From contig OZ234494.1 of the NCBI GenBank assembly GCA_965153455.1, forward strand, positions 8,494,001-8,558,000: a stretch of 64,000 nucleotides of DNA, in the 5' to 3' direction. How positions within the stretch are numbered: position 1 is the stretch's first letter; each line of letters opens with the position of its first letter. This DNA is from Sphagnum compactum (lineage: Eukaryota). The notes below the pieces were generated by a model, which made no database searches, was not told the origin of the DNA, and saw nothing but the letters and a program-made list of their open reading frames with translations. Positions 50,830 to 64,000 of the stretch are shown one piece after another. The position numbers and the translations under genes were made by a program.

Positions 50830-53800
50830 GAGGGGGGCAGGGAGATTAAATGTTTAGGAAGGAATTTTCAATCGCATTATTTTGAATTATGCATTAAATG
50901 AAATCATATCCATTCGAATGAGATTTATCACATGGGTAAATTGGCCATATGCATAAAATATGAAGATGTACAAAATAAACCACAAAACTATCATTGGATG
51001 AAATAAGTGAATTTAATGGATGAAAATTTACATGTTATAACATGGATGAAATAAAACTTCAACGTCACATTGATCATAAATTAACACATCTATGAAATTG
51101 ATGACATTATATAATCGTACCACATCGATGAATTCATGTTCACAAAATCTATCATAAGGATGAAATGAAATTTAAGCATAAAAATAACAATATTTATGAA
51201 GTTGTTAACATGGATGTTAAAATTCTATGTCTCATATGAAACTCAATAATTTTGTTATAATTTCACATCATGGATGAAAATATCCATTTTAAAAATAATT
51301 ATTTATATATATCTTTGAGGTTTATAAATTTACCCACTCCCCTGGTACCTCTAGTACCTCTTTCTTTCTATATCAAGTGAACCTACATGTACCTTCTTTT
51401 TGTACATACATTGCCTACAAACTGAAATTTCTTTCAACTTCTTCACAAATGTCTTGGGAGGGGAAGGTGTTGGCATTATAGAATGTGTATGACATGTGTT
51501 CTAGAAATGCAATTATCCCACATTGGATGATCTTGCCCACACAAAAAGAGGTCCTTGTTGCATCTATCCACTACTATGAAACATAGGTACAATCTTTAGG
51601 TATGTGAACTCACATTGTTTACTATCTATTACATGAGGAGCATTGTCTTTGCAAATTGGTTATATTTGCTTTCTAGTATTGTTTCCATTCATCACAATCT
51701 TCATATTCTTATGGGAGTGCTTCAACCTCAATGGTAGCCCAATAATTAAGAAATTGTGTGCTTTTTATTTTCACTAAGAATACAACAATCAACAATCGAC
51801 AACTAAATTTCTAAAGTTAATGGATTAATTATATGCGAATGCTTCATGGTTTTGCAAGTCATTATGAAATTCAACAAGAAGTTGCATTGATTCAAGTAAA
51901 TGGAGGTATGCCCAATGAATCAACTAAGGGTAAACATAATTTTCATGGCATTACACATCATTATGATGGTCAACAAGAAATTGCACATGTTAAGATAGAT
52001 GAAGATATGCAAAATGAATCAATTAAGGCTAAGTGTAAAGGCATGTATGAGCAACCATGGGCTCCCAAGTTCAAGTAACCCAAGCAGTATTAGGGTTTCA
52101 CAAAAAACCATGTAGTTTGCACATGATAATGAATAGATAATGCAAACATGAAGTAAACAAAAGTGAGCTTGTTTATGTTAATGATATGTAATGAACAATT
52201 TTTTTGAACTATAACATACGATAACACACAATTTGTTAAGGTACATTTAGTGAATTCCTTTTATATATTCCTTTTACTTTCTTTGTGCAAATGAATGGGT
52301 ATGTTTTATATGCATTTGGTTCAACCAATTATATTTCTACTAAGCAATGAAGTACTACATATCTAGATATGTATGTTATGCAAAAAATAAAAACATTGTT
52401 GTGTTTATTAGAATAAATCATTTACATTATTGGAACGGATATATTTTCTCCACAATAGTTACATGACTTTTGAAACCTTGTAGTTGCATTTGGGGTGTTA
52501 TTCAAATTTTTGATCCATATTAGCTCAAGGTCAATTTATTGCAATTCTTAAATTCTAGTCCATATTCCTCAAGTTTTAAAAGTTTTTCACTAAGTTCTTG
52601 GTGGATGTAATTTCTCTGCTTATAATCACATGTAAAATAATTTGTATTTATGAAACAATCAATGACTTACAAAATCATTCTTGAACATTAAGGGGATTGT
52701 GCACAAGTGGTGGACCAATTTGCCATAGAACTAAAGTCCCTATTTACCCAAAATCATGGTCAAAATTTAGAAATTACAACTAGTTAACACTAGTTTACAT
52801 TGACTTCTTCCATATTTTTTCCATGTCATTAATGGCACATCTAGAGTTTCTAGTTCTTTAAGCATCTAAGCAAAAAAATCATAAAATATTTCTTCCTCCA
52901 ATATGATATAAACTTGAAAAAATGCTCCTACTTAGCCCATTCAAAAGTCCATAAATATAGTTTAAAAATTCAACTCTTTATTTATTTTGTTCCTACGTTT
53001 CTTTAATATGATATTTTATTAATTCCGAGTCCCTGACACACATCCCAATCAGTCAATGGACCATAACATAGTCCACATAGGATTGGTAGTCAAAGGTGCA
53101 ATCCATGAGTTTTGAGTTCAAGTCCATGGCTTTTAGAAAATTTAAAAATTTGTAAAATGATTTTGTGCATCATGTTAAGATATTTAAACCAAATCCATTT
53201 AAATATATTTTAAGACCTATAAAGCAACATGGGCATTACAATGGCAACCACAAGGTAGAAAGGTGAAAACACATTAAGGTGTAACACTTTTAGGCATATG
53301 TGGAAGTCCATAATTGTTTAAATTAACACTACAAAGGTAGTGTGAAGGCATGATACTTTGAATCACACAAGTCGTTTTACAAGTTATCATTAAAATTTGT
53401 TGAAAAAACATTTCAACCCTATTTTACCTTATGGAGAACTTAAATTTGAAAGATGAGTTTCTAAAATATTATTTTCATTAAATAAAGGACTTAATAAGAA
53501 AAAAAACCATAATTAAAGGTATATAAATGTTTTTGGTAATCAAAATCCTTCCAAAAAGTCTTCCTTGGTATCAATGTTATCACATCATGTTACCATTGAA
53601 TCATTTACTCACTAAAAAACATTATTTGGAGGTGCATGGAGTCCATACTCATTGATTATGGATTGTTACAAGTTTTTGGGTATTCCTTTGAAAGTCTATT
53701 ATGTTATGGTTATTCAAAGACAATCCATGAAATTCATACAATGTCATTATAATATATATAACATTGTAGTGTTGAATCCTTTTTCATTTTAGTTGATTAC

Positions 53801-54006
53801 TTTTAATCACATGGCCAATTATAATTTCCAAAATCTTGCAAAAATTGCCTTGTGACAACATTTTGTGGATAGTGTAATGTGCTTTCACCCATAATTGGCT
53901 TGTGTGACACCCTAATTGGTCCACCAATTTGTGCATGCACCCTAAGTAAAATCAATATATGTCCATGTTTTGAAAAAAAAAACATGAATGACTGAAAATT
54001 ATTTTA

Positions 54007-54723
54007 GGGTGAATGCATGGTTGAACAACCCATTTTGGCAAATAGACATTCCATACAAGTCCATACTAGGTTTTTAAAAAGTGGTAAATGGACATGGTTG
54101 TTAATTTGTAAGATTTCAATGTTGTAATATTTGACTACCAAATGTTCACCCCCCTATGAAACCTCTTAGGTCAAAACATGTATCAAAAGTTGTTAATGTC
54201 ATTTGTTATGGTAAATGCCACTTGGAAATCCTTTAAAAAAATCTTGTAAAGTCCATATGAATGAAGGCCAAAATAGAGATTTGAAAACATGTTCATTAGA
54301 CTTTTTTTTAATAGAAAAATAACAATAAAATCCATTTCAAAAGGACAATTGAAAATAAGGTCCAACCTTCCTTCAAAAGTCAATAATTACCATTTGAGTA
54401 AGGTTTTTAAAAAATCACACCTGATTTTATTATTTCATTCTTCAATGCATACTTAATCATTATAAAAAAATTAAAGTGAAATTTAATATGAATTCCTCAA
54501 TTCATTAACAATTTAATCAATTGTCTAATCCATATTTTTGAACTTCAAAATTCTGTTATTAATACTGAATGCATTATTGTCAAAAAAATAAATTTACACA
54601 TGTTTTTATAATCATCATGTTAATATACTACCAATTTTTGACAAATTCAAAACTATGTTATTCATCATAAACACAATGACCATTGTGACACCAAAAGTGA
54701 AGCACTCAACCATGCATTCACCC
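54007..54723. mobile_element. Non-autonomous TIR element (717 bp)
   Basis: Perfect inverted ends GGGTGAATGCATGGTTGA / TCAACCATGCATTCACCC, flanked by TA on both sides. Confidence 0.75.
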
Positions 54724-55049
54724 TAATATATTTGACCTTGGTAAATCTACATATCTCTTTGAAGATCCTTAAAATTTTAGATATTCATGAAGCTAGATGA
54801 TCAAAATTGTTCAATGCAAATTTGAAGTTGAATATAATTTAGTATAAATATCTTCTACATAACATAATTTAAACCCTTGTAGGAAATGTAGAAAGCCAAT
54901 TCAAACTTAACGAGCTTCTTTTAAACCTTTAAATAATGCATAAAAACCCTTAAAAAAACCTATTTTAAACCTTTAAGTATCACATATGTAAACATCATGA
55001 ATTACAAATCTTGAAATATATTAGAAAGTCCATTAAAATTAGTTGATAT

Positions 55050-56800
55050 CAAGTCATTCAATTTGACCAATCCAATGATTGTTCAATTGATGTTGCTTGA
55101 TATGTAGGTATACACATGTGCATATATGTGGTGAAGGTTTTAGTAGTGCTTATTGATGATGGGCTTTCTATGACCAATGATGTGTGCTACCTACTAGCTT
55201 CAAACAACGAATCATTTATCTAGTTGTTGAAAACATTCTGCAACAATTGTTCCAAATTGTTTTTATAGGAAACTATGTCAACAATATTATGTTCAATACA
55301 TGTAGAAGTTTCCGACTATCTCCCAATTGTCCTATAAGTAAAATTCTTTGATGCAAAGGTATAGGGACACAAATTATTGTCCTAGCTTTTGTAACATTTA
55401 TATCCATATTATTTCACTTACTTTCATCAAAATGTTATAAAAAATCCCTAATGCAACTATAAGGATTCAAAATCACAATACTATTGAGGATAAAAACAAA
55501 CCAATTCTAATGTTGTATTGAATTGCCAATTGATAAGCATGACAATCCTCAATTTTTTGCATACCATAAATTTAGATGTGTAGTACCTCATTACTCAAAA
55601 GAAAATATAATTGGTTGAATTGGATGCATGCGGTGGGCAATAAAACATACCCAATAATAATTTGCACTCACATGCTAATGTATGTATATTCCCACTTACT
55701 TACCCCCCTTGATAGAGGTTTGACACCATCTAGATCCCAACAAAAACAAAATAACTATCAATAACACATCAATTCCATAAACAACACCATGTGTATCTTT
55801 GTCACCGCCATAATTTAGTGCTTGATCAATTGAAGATTGTTGCAAATCATAGTAGCATTATGTTATCCATTCCAATACAAGCCACCCCATTTTACAATAT
55901 GTACATTATAATTGCAAACACATAGTTCACAATACTTGTAATTGCAAAATCAAGCTCCCTAGAATCATGTACCACTTAAGATAAATGGCCTCATCAAATT
56001 TTGGCTAAAAAATCATATTATTATCATACTAAGGCTATTACTATTACTTCCTTTCTCTCGATGGTAAAGATCCCCCCTATTGTAATATTTGTAATTCAAT
56101 ACAAGTACGCCCATCCTTAAAAAATGTTGCATCATAGCTATAGATTAGCTTTCAAAACACACATGCACATCAAATCCAAGCTTTTATATTGCCACATAAC
56201 TAGATTCCACAACCTTAGATAGTAACAAAACATACAATTTCATGGTACTTACCTTAGCCATGGTTTATAATCATCACTTGCAATGACCGTCAACAACATC
56301 CTTGCCATTTTTCAATGCATCCTTTGGATAAGATATAAAGTCAACCACCTTATTCATTTTTTAATGCATCCAATACAATAGATATAAAATCATCCCCATG
56401 TTTCATGCCCCCCTCATCATAATCCATTTTTCAATGCATTTTGAGAGTAATTGACTTGCTTCAACATGAAAGTACACATACAAATTTTGCAATGCTATAA
56501 CACTTCATATTGGATCTGGGGAAGATGGTGCACCCGATAAAGTTTATAGGTATCCTTGATGATATATTGCCACTAGGTTCTTGCCCATTGTATTATTCCA
56601 AACACCGTGTGCTAGAATAACCAAGGCAACATTTACTGATTTCATTGACTTGTATAATGTATCACAACTACTAATACAACCAAATCAAGATCATAATGAA
56701 GATCCTAGTGAAACCTTACCACACAATACACCTTTATAATTACTATTAACATCATTCCATGGTGTACCTTGGCTTGCAAAATTGCTTACACCTTACCAAA
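55050..56800 (-). pseudogene. Possible CACTA/EnSpm Tnp2-like (or Plavaka-like) transposase remnant
   Basis: Minus-strand fragment FCWDLDGVKPLSRGVSKWEYTYISM (~55670-55745) resembles the L-x-x-DG-x-x-P motif of this fold; the surroundings are riddled with stops. Confidence 0.3.
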
Positions 56801-57124
56801 TGAGATTACATCTTTTCTACTCGTCATATAAACAAAATATGCACAATTACACACATACACATAATCTCTAAAGCAAGGATCATATATACATAAAAAATAA
56901 TAAAGAAGCAAGCTCAATAATTTATGTTCTTCAGAATCAATCTTTTATACTTTTTCATTGGTACATATGGAACTATATATAATTTCTTCAACTGAAAATT
57001 CTAATTGGTAGGTAATGTTTTGGTAGTAGATTACATTTGGTAATCCTCAAGTTTGACATGCTATTATGTTCTGCTAATAGTATATTTCATTAACATTAAA
57101 TTTAATGAACCATTTAATGGTTTT

Positions 57125-60100
57125 AGACCCTAAGCCACATCATGTGGCACCTAGGTTAAATCTAGACCTAGGCCACATGACACTTAGGTTAGGCCTCAAC
57201 CTATGCAATACCATGTGATGCTTAGGCTAAACCAAGACCTAGGTGACTCATGTGGTGCCTAGGCTAGGTTAAGTGGCACCTAGGTTAGGCCTATGGTTTC
57301 ACCATATGGCACTTAAGGCTAAACCACATAGGCCACATGGAACCTAGGCTATGCTTAGACCTAGGCCATGTGGTTAGGTTAGGCTACATATATATGATTT
57401 AGACTAGGTTATTTAAGTAAGTAGCTTAGTTTAGACCACCTACATATTTAGGCTAAGTATATATATAGGTAGGCAACTATAAGTATGTAAACTAAATATA
57501 TTAGGTAGCTTATAATAGACCTATGTAATAAGTAGCCTAATATAAATATATTAGTAGTTTAAAAAGGTTTTAATCAGTCTACTTGGATGCAAAGTTGCAA
57601 ACGTGCATAATATTTCATCCATCCAATTTGAATTTGTTCATCCATTCTTAAAACAAGATCACTAAAGACGAAACCCCCTTTTTTTACCAAGTAGCTTTCA
57701 ATTGTGTGTTGTTTTGAATTGGATTCCAACTGTGAATTTTTTAATTTAGAAACAGGAAATGCTAATTAAGTTGAGCCACCAACTGAGTTTGTCAAAATTT
57801 GGAAATGGTTTTTGACTTGGGGACCACCTCCCCCAATTGTCAACTTCCCAAATTGACTCTTAGTCGATAGGTTAACTTAAGTGAAATGTCATTAAATGTC
57901 ATTTTTTCAATTGGGAGATGTCACAACTCCACAAATCAAGCATGCACAACTATATCAATTGAACATTGTTTGTAGTTGGATGACATGTTAGGACAATGGA
58001 TGGATGAAATAAAGGTACATTTATGTTTCATTTGTGGGGACTACAAATGAAGTTGTGACCAATTTAGATCCCATGAAGATCAACTGAACTACAAGTGCAA
58101 AATTACTGTTGCATGTTGTGATGGTTATTTGAATATCGTTTATTTACATAATCCAAGGACACTCATGGTCAAGAACTCAAATGTGACAATGTTTTCCAAG
58201 TGGGAAAGCAAAATGAAAAGGCGACATTTCAACCTACACCCTTATGGAAGATTGACCCTTTTAGACATACCTTCCATATTCATCAAAGAATAGTTACATT
58301 TGTTTATCTTAAGGACTATTTGTAGTTGTAGGTCATACTTATATTGTGAACCTATTAAATACTAATAGTTAGATACCTACCAACTTACTATATACCTACC
58401 CATTAGGTACCTATAGGTACCTATTAAGTACTTACTAAATACCTAGCTACTTACCTAATTAGTAGTTAGGTATTTAACTAATGTAACTTATAATACAAGG
58501 TAATTAAGTCCTTAGTAGGTAGTTAGTAGGTAGCCACTAATTAAGTAGGTAGCCATTAGGGTTAATGTTTAATCAATTACTAGATACCTACCTACTAGTC
58601 ATTAATTAGCTATAAAAGTACCTAGCTAGGTAGCTTATACCTAACTTTAGGTACCTACTAATTATTAAGTTTTTGGGTTACCTATGCTAGGTATTATATA
58701 AGTATTAGGTGGTATAGGCCTAGGTGCCACATACATTACGTTAATTAGTAAGTTAACTAGTAGGTGTTAAGTCTTTAGGGTTCAGATAGGTACTAGGTGG
58801 TTTAGGCCTAGGTGCCACCTTGTCTAGTTTTAGCCCAACCTAGGTGCCACTTATGTTACATTAGTTAGTAGGCTAGGTTAATTAATGAATAATAAGTTAG
58901 GTAATTAATTGGTATGTAATAGGCTAGGCTACATAGATAGTTAGGTACTAGTTAAGTAAATAAGTAGCTAAGTAGTTGTTAACTATAGGTAGTTGTGACT
59001 AAATTACAATTGGGTTATAATTAGTTAAGTTATACTTTGGTTACAATTAGATTGCAACTATGTTGCAACTAAAATGTTTATCCCATATTATTTGTTTTCC
59101 ATAACAAGTTTGTAAATTATATAAATAAATGAATTATAAATGTTGGAGACACAAAAAAAATTAAATTGGAATAACCATTTGGGATGAGTTAATCAAAAAT
59201 CTTGACTTTAAAGGGTAAACCTAAAATGAAATAAGATTTTACTATTTAGGTGGCACTTGGCCTAGGTCTAGGCTTAGTTTTGGTGGGTTATATCTAGGCT
59301 TAATCTAGGTTTGTGTCGCAACCCTAACATCGGGTTTGCGACTAAATGTAGAGTGCAAAGGTTCACAAGATTAAGAGAATGTGTTCGGATGTGAAACACA
59401 CTCTCACAAATGAGGGAGAATGCAATAGATGGAGCCCAATGATTCCCAGGTGCACTCTCACTTTGGGAGTTACACTTGTGCAAGAGTCCAAAATGTTCAA
59501 AGCCTTGGTTGAAAAGGAAAACAAACACCAAATTGGGCCCCCAGGATACCATTGGAAAGGTCTTGAAGTTTATATGTTTAAAGTGCCCTTTGATTGTTCA
59601 TTTAGATCTAAAATGCATGAGTTATGATCAAAAGAAGGGTTAGGAGTCAAATTCCCAAATTGACTCCCGACCACAAACCCCCTTAAAGCAGGGGTCAAAT
59701 GATTTACAATTAAGGCATGTGATACACCATTGGAAATATCTCTTTTAGGACTATAAGATATTGCCCTCTCATGTTCCAAAAAAGCTTGTTTTGAGGAAGA
59801 TATGAACATTCAAAAGTTTCAGGACAACAATAATCCCAATTTTGTGACTCCCACTTCGGAGTCTTGGGAAAAAATACCATTTGGATGTAACTTCCATGGA
59901 GAGTCACATAGTATATTATAGGGAGGGGAGTGGTGCCTCCTCCCAAAGGTTGCAGGCCGTGTAAAACTTATACTTGAGGTTGTCCCTACTAAATCTGTTG
60001 CACCACTTGTATTCAACTTGCACTCATCGCCCTTTTTCCTTGGTTGTGCAGGTTGATTTCATCTTGAATTATTGTTTGTGAGTTTGTCCTAATATCATCC

Positions 60101-60385
60101 TGGAGCTCCAGCACGCCTTCCTACCTCTGAAATGCTATGAGTTAGGGAATGTGTCCCGACTCCTTTCTTTTTCCGTTGTTTCACTTTGGGACCCACAAAT
60201 TTGGGTTCCTCAAGCAGTTTGGGGGCGTGTTAGTTCGGGCCTAACTTAGTTCCAAGCCTAGCCTAGGTTTGGGCCTAATTTAAGTCGAAACTTAATTTAA
60301 ATTCGGGTCTAGCCTAGGTATAAACCTAACTTTAGTTTGGGCTTAGCCTAAGTGACGTGTAACCTTGTGTGGGCCACATGTCAAC
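57125..60385. repeat. Degenerate CCTAGG/GGCACCTAGG-rich repeat tracts (57125-57420, ~58350-59000, 59250-59313, 60233-60385), probably TE subterminal repeats
   Basis: Recurrent GTGGCACCTAGGTTAGGCCTA-like units in both orientations, plus TAGGTAGG/CCTACCTA low-complexity stretches. Confidence 0.6.
59314..60232. mobile_element. Solo LTR, 919 bp, an older relative of the 4119-4940 LTR
   Basis: Starts TGTCGCAACCC and ends ...GCGTGTTA (decayed CA end). TSD GTTTG/GTTCG differs only by CpG decay. Shares TTGGAAAGGTCTTGAAG, TCCCGACCAC and CATT.GGATGTA with the first LTR. Confidence 0.85.
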
Positions 60386-63300
60386 AAACTACTAGTAGGA
60401 TTTTTTATTTAACCTAAATGTAATATAGTCGAAATTACAATTCAATGGCCAAGTTGGAATAAATTGAAAATAATCCTCAATTGTAATGGTGTCCATGTCA
60501 TTTGCAACTAAAATGGTAAAAAATGGCTATTGTTGCATGGTGGTGACATGTGGTTATCACTTTCAATTGCAATGTCACTTTCGACTTGTACTTATCAATT
60601 ATTCTAATAAACAATTAAAAAATAGTTGGAAAATGAATTACAATTGGAAGGGTCATTTTCAATTATAATTATAGTTGAACCCAAGTTGAAAAATGTAGTT
60701 GATGGGGGTTTTCTTTTAGTGATTACCAAAATAGTTAAACATATGATTTATGATGTAGCAATGTTATTCGATAATTGCATGATGTTTGATGGCGTCACAT
60801 CTCTAGTCAAGATTTTGATTATAAATCAACTAGGAAGTTTGTTGATGCCAAAAATCACCATTAATATATTCAAATATGTAGTTGCGACATAGTTGAATTT
60901 TTTTTGGTTTAAAAAAGAACATTTAATCCTAGTTTTAGTGTCAAGACAATTTGTGAGTTTTTAATGACATTTAGAAAGGTAATAATGTAGCTCTCTTTAC
61001 CCCCTATCATTTGAGTTGTGTTGTTGAACTATAATTACATTTGCATCAATTGACATATCTTTCCCACGATAAACAATTCCTATCTTTAAATAAACTTAAT
61101 TTCCCTTGTGTTATAAAACTTTTTGATGAAATTCCTTTAATTGCCATGGATCCACCTTCTTGTATGGTTGGTGCAAGGGAAAATCAATTCCCAATTTGCA
61201 TTTGGACTAATAACCAATTCAAAGGATATTTTTTGTGCAAGTTGCAACATCTTTTCTAAGGTTACATCACATGTTTTGCATGAAATTGTTAGGTTTCCCT
61301 TTGGAGTGATGCATGTGATTGAGGTTGCCTTTGTTGGGGATGGCATTGGCACCTGTACATTTGATATTAAGGCCACTTTCATAGTCAAAGGATTGTGAAT
61401 GATTATTATAGTGTCGACTTGCTCAATCACATGTGCATGTGAATATTGCAAATGTTGAGGGAGGTCAACAATGGACTCTTGCATTGGGGTATTCCCATCT
61501 TCATCCACATTTCTTTTTTCCAACAATGATTTAATATATTTCCTTGGCCATGTGCATATGCCACCTCCATTCCCCCTTGTCAAGGCAGTAGTAGATTGTC
61601 TCACTTGCATTTAACTTTTTTCCCATTTGGCCAAGTTGAAGATCGAAGGTGGTTTTTGCAACAAAAAATTTGGAAACCTTCAAGAGATTTTTTCGCCCCT
61701 ATCTTGCATTTTCCTTTGTTTAAGACATGTTCAACCTTGTAGTTGTTGTTAAGGGCTAATGTCATGCCATGAATATGGGTTGGCATGGACTTTGTTTCCA
61801 TGATGACCTTTTTGCTCCTTGATATTGTGAGGGACCTTGTAAGGGTGCGGCATGTCACCCAAGTTTGGGCAATTTTTAATTATGTGCTCTAATGACATGC
61901 ATAACCAACATCACACCATGTGGTGATCATAATCGACTACCACCCCCACATAAAAACCATTGATAAACAATCAATAGCTTATTACCCACCCCCCCCCCCC
62001 CCCCCCCCCTCTCAACTCCAATGCCACATAGAACCTTGGGTTTTAGGTGTGGGGGTTGTTGTGATTGACTCCTAACTCCTTGCCAATGTGGTTGGCAACT
62101 TTCTCCTCCATTGAATTATATTCAATTGGTAACATTTTCATGTAGATAATTTAAGTTCCATTGGGTGATTTGGATTAAATGTTTTCACCCATTCATGATA
62201 TGGGTGTTTGCAAACTAGAGTATCCATAAAATTATGTACCAATTAGGTTTTTTTTAACCCCCTTTCAAGTTCAAATGCCAAGATGATAAATTTGAACACA
62301 CATTGATGAAAAAAGGTCTTGATTTTTACACATTGAATAACTGTAATTAGCAAGGGTATATATATGTGATTGAATACAAAATTTGGGGGATTTTTTAAAT
62401 TTATAACACTACCATTGAAATTGTCCATAAAAATTATGCATATGGATTCATTAAATAAAAAGTCTTCAATGAACAACACTTCTACCCAAATTTTAATTAC
62501 ATGTTGATGAACAATAAATACAAGTTTCCATGCCATTTAGAACATGAAAGATATTATAATGGACTTTTATAAACACTATAATAAAGCAAAATGGTAAAGT
62601 CATGTACAACATTATCTTTGTGGAATTCTTATAATTATTTTCATCAATAGTGAGCTTTGAAATGTATTAGTTAGCAGGCCTTAGTGATCTTTTGGAAACT
62701 TGATGGTTTTTTTGCTTTGAGAATGAACATTTGACAATTCTAGGTTTCTAACATTGTAAAAATACAATATAAAAATATTTTTTATGGAATCTTATTGTGC
62801 CATTCTTGGTCCACTATAATTTACATTCACCCATTGATCATGGTGCACCATGGTAAATTGAACACCAAAATTAACTTACGGGTACATTCACGAATTAAGG
62901 AGTCATTTAATGTGTAACCATTGCTTAGGATTAAATAATTAAAATCATGTCTAATTCCGAGTTTTATGAATGCTTGATAAATTTATAGAATAATGTTCTT
63001 AATATATCAATGTAACATTCGGATAAATTTGAAAGTAATCCAATGAATATAAAATACAAAAAAAACATTTTTTAAGCATTGTAACTAATGTTTTACAATG
63101 CTAAAAGACATTGTTTAATCATTATTTAATCATTATTTAAGCACCATTTAACCAATTTTGAATTGCAACATGAGCTTTTTGGGACTATTTAAGTACTAAA
63201 TAAAGACTGCTTAATGGAGCACATTAGTGTCTTAATTTGTGAATGTGCCTTTAGTAGTTTCATGAATTTATGTGTTAAAAAAGAAAAAACCCCTCTTGAC

Positions 63301-64000
63301 ATCCATTTTGAATTCTACCCTCCCATGTTATCCTTACTTGTCACAAAGTTTAAAATTGACAACTAAAGGGCAATGTTGTAATATGTTATCTTACCTCCAA
63401 TGAAACTCATGATGATGGTTTTTGTTTTGTGATAGTATATTTCCACCGTAAAGACATCTAAATCAAAAGTTGAACGAGGTATTGTCTCAAGTTCCTTGAT
63501 AGGAAGGTCTTGATGATTCCTTGAGTTATTGAATGGAAAAGATTCTTCATTGGCAAGCATAAATGGGTTTTTCCTCCCCTCTTTTCCTTCCCTCAATCCC
63601 AAAATTTCACCTAATTTGGCATCCACCATGAGGGTTGAACACATGGTCAAGTGTTTGAATTGTAGGCATGGTGGTAGGTGTGGTTCCTTTGTTGGATGTA
63701 AAGCTTTAGTAGCTCATTTTCAATGTGTGAGGCCAGTGGGTCCCATAAACCTTAAGCCAAATTTAAACAATTGCAATTGAAAGCAAAGAAGATTTACAAT
63801 TTTCCATTAAGGTGTAGCACCAAGACCATTTAGCCACTTTCAATTATATTTAGTGAACATGCAAAATGGATGGGATAACAAATATGTGCAAGGCAACAAA
63901 TCTAAAGAACAAATTTGTTACATTGCAATCTACCCAATTGAACACACTTTAGATGCATCACAAACTAACTTTCTGGGGCTATCACCTATTATGCATAAAT

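Noticed and set aside
59274..60016. Overlapping ORFs here and at 4157-4384
   Set aside because: They fall within solo LTRs and have no recognisable domains.
61000..63950. Minus-strand ORFs 61137-61858 and 63363-63650 as host genes
   Set aside because: Fragmented and CG/CHG-depleted like the surrounding TE debris; I could not assign a family.

Overview
Eukaryotic, very AT-rich, repeat-dominated DNA from a land plant. TTTAGGG telomere-type repeats, strong CG and CHG depletion and the LTR/Helitron families suggest a bryophyte such as Sphagnum (inference). I found no intact host protein-coding gene, rRNA, tRNA or CRISPR array. Most of the window is decayed transposon debris: Ty3/Gypsy gag, RT and pol remnants, a Copia remnant, a possible CACTA Tnp2 remnant and a possible intron-containing KDZ/CxC-type transposase. 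Younger elements with readable boundaries are two solo LTRs with 5-bp TSDs, a 441-bp mini-Helitron, a 2.7-kb composite Helitron (RepHel fragment between two ~830-bp direct repeats), four 114-154 bp CACTA miniatures and several MITEs. There are also four copies of a 280-340 bp element with Helentron/Helitron2 (DINE-1/HINE-like) architecture and a shared G|T insertion context. Two islands (~16.5-21.3 kb and ~38.4-50.9 kb) keep CAG/CTG and locally CG, and share their own short-element families. They also hold two minisatellites (7 x ~70 bp hairpin units and 11 x ~31 bp acceptor-like units), short telomeric inserts and orphan exon-like segments. All translations and alignments were done by eye.
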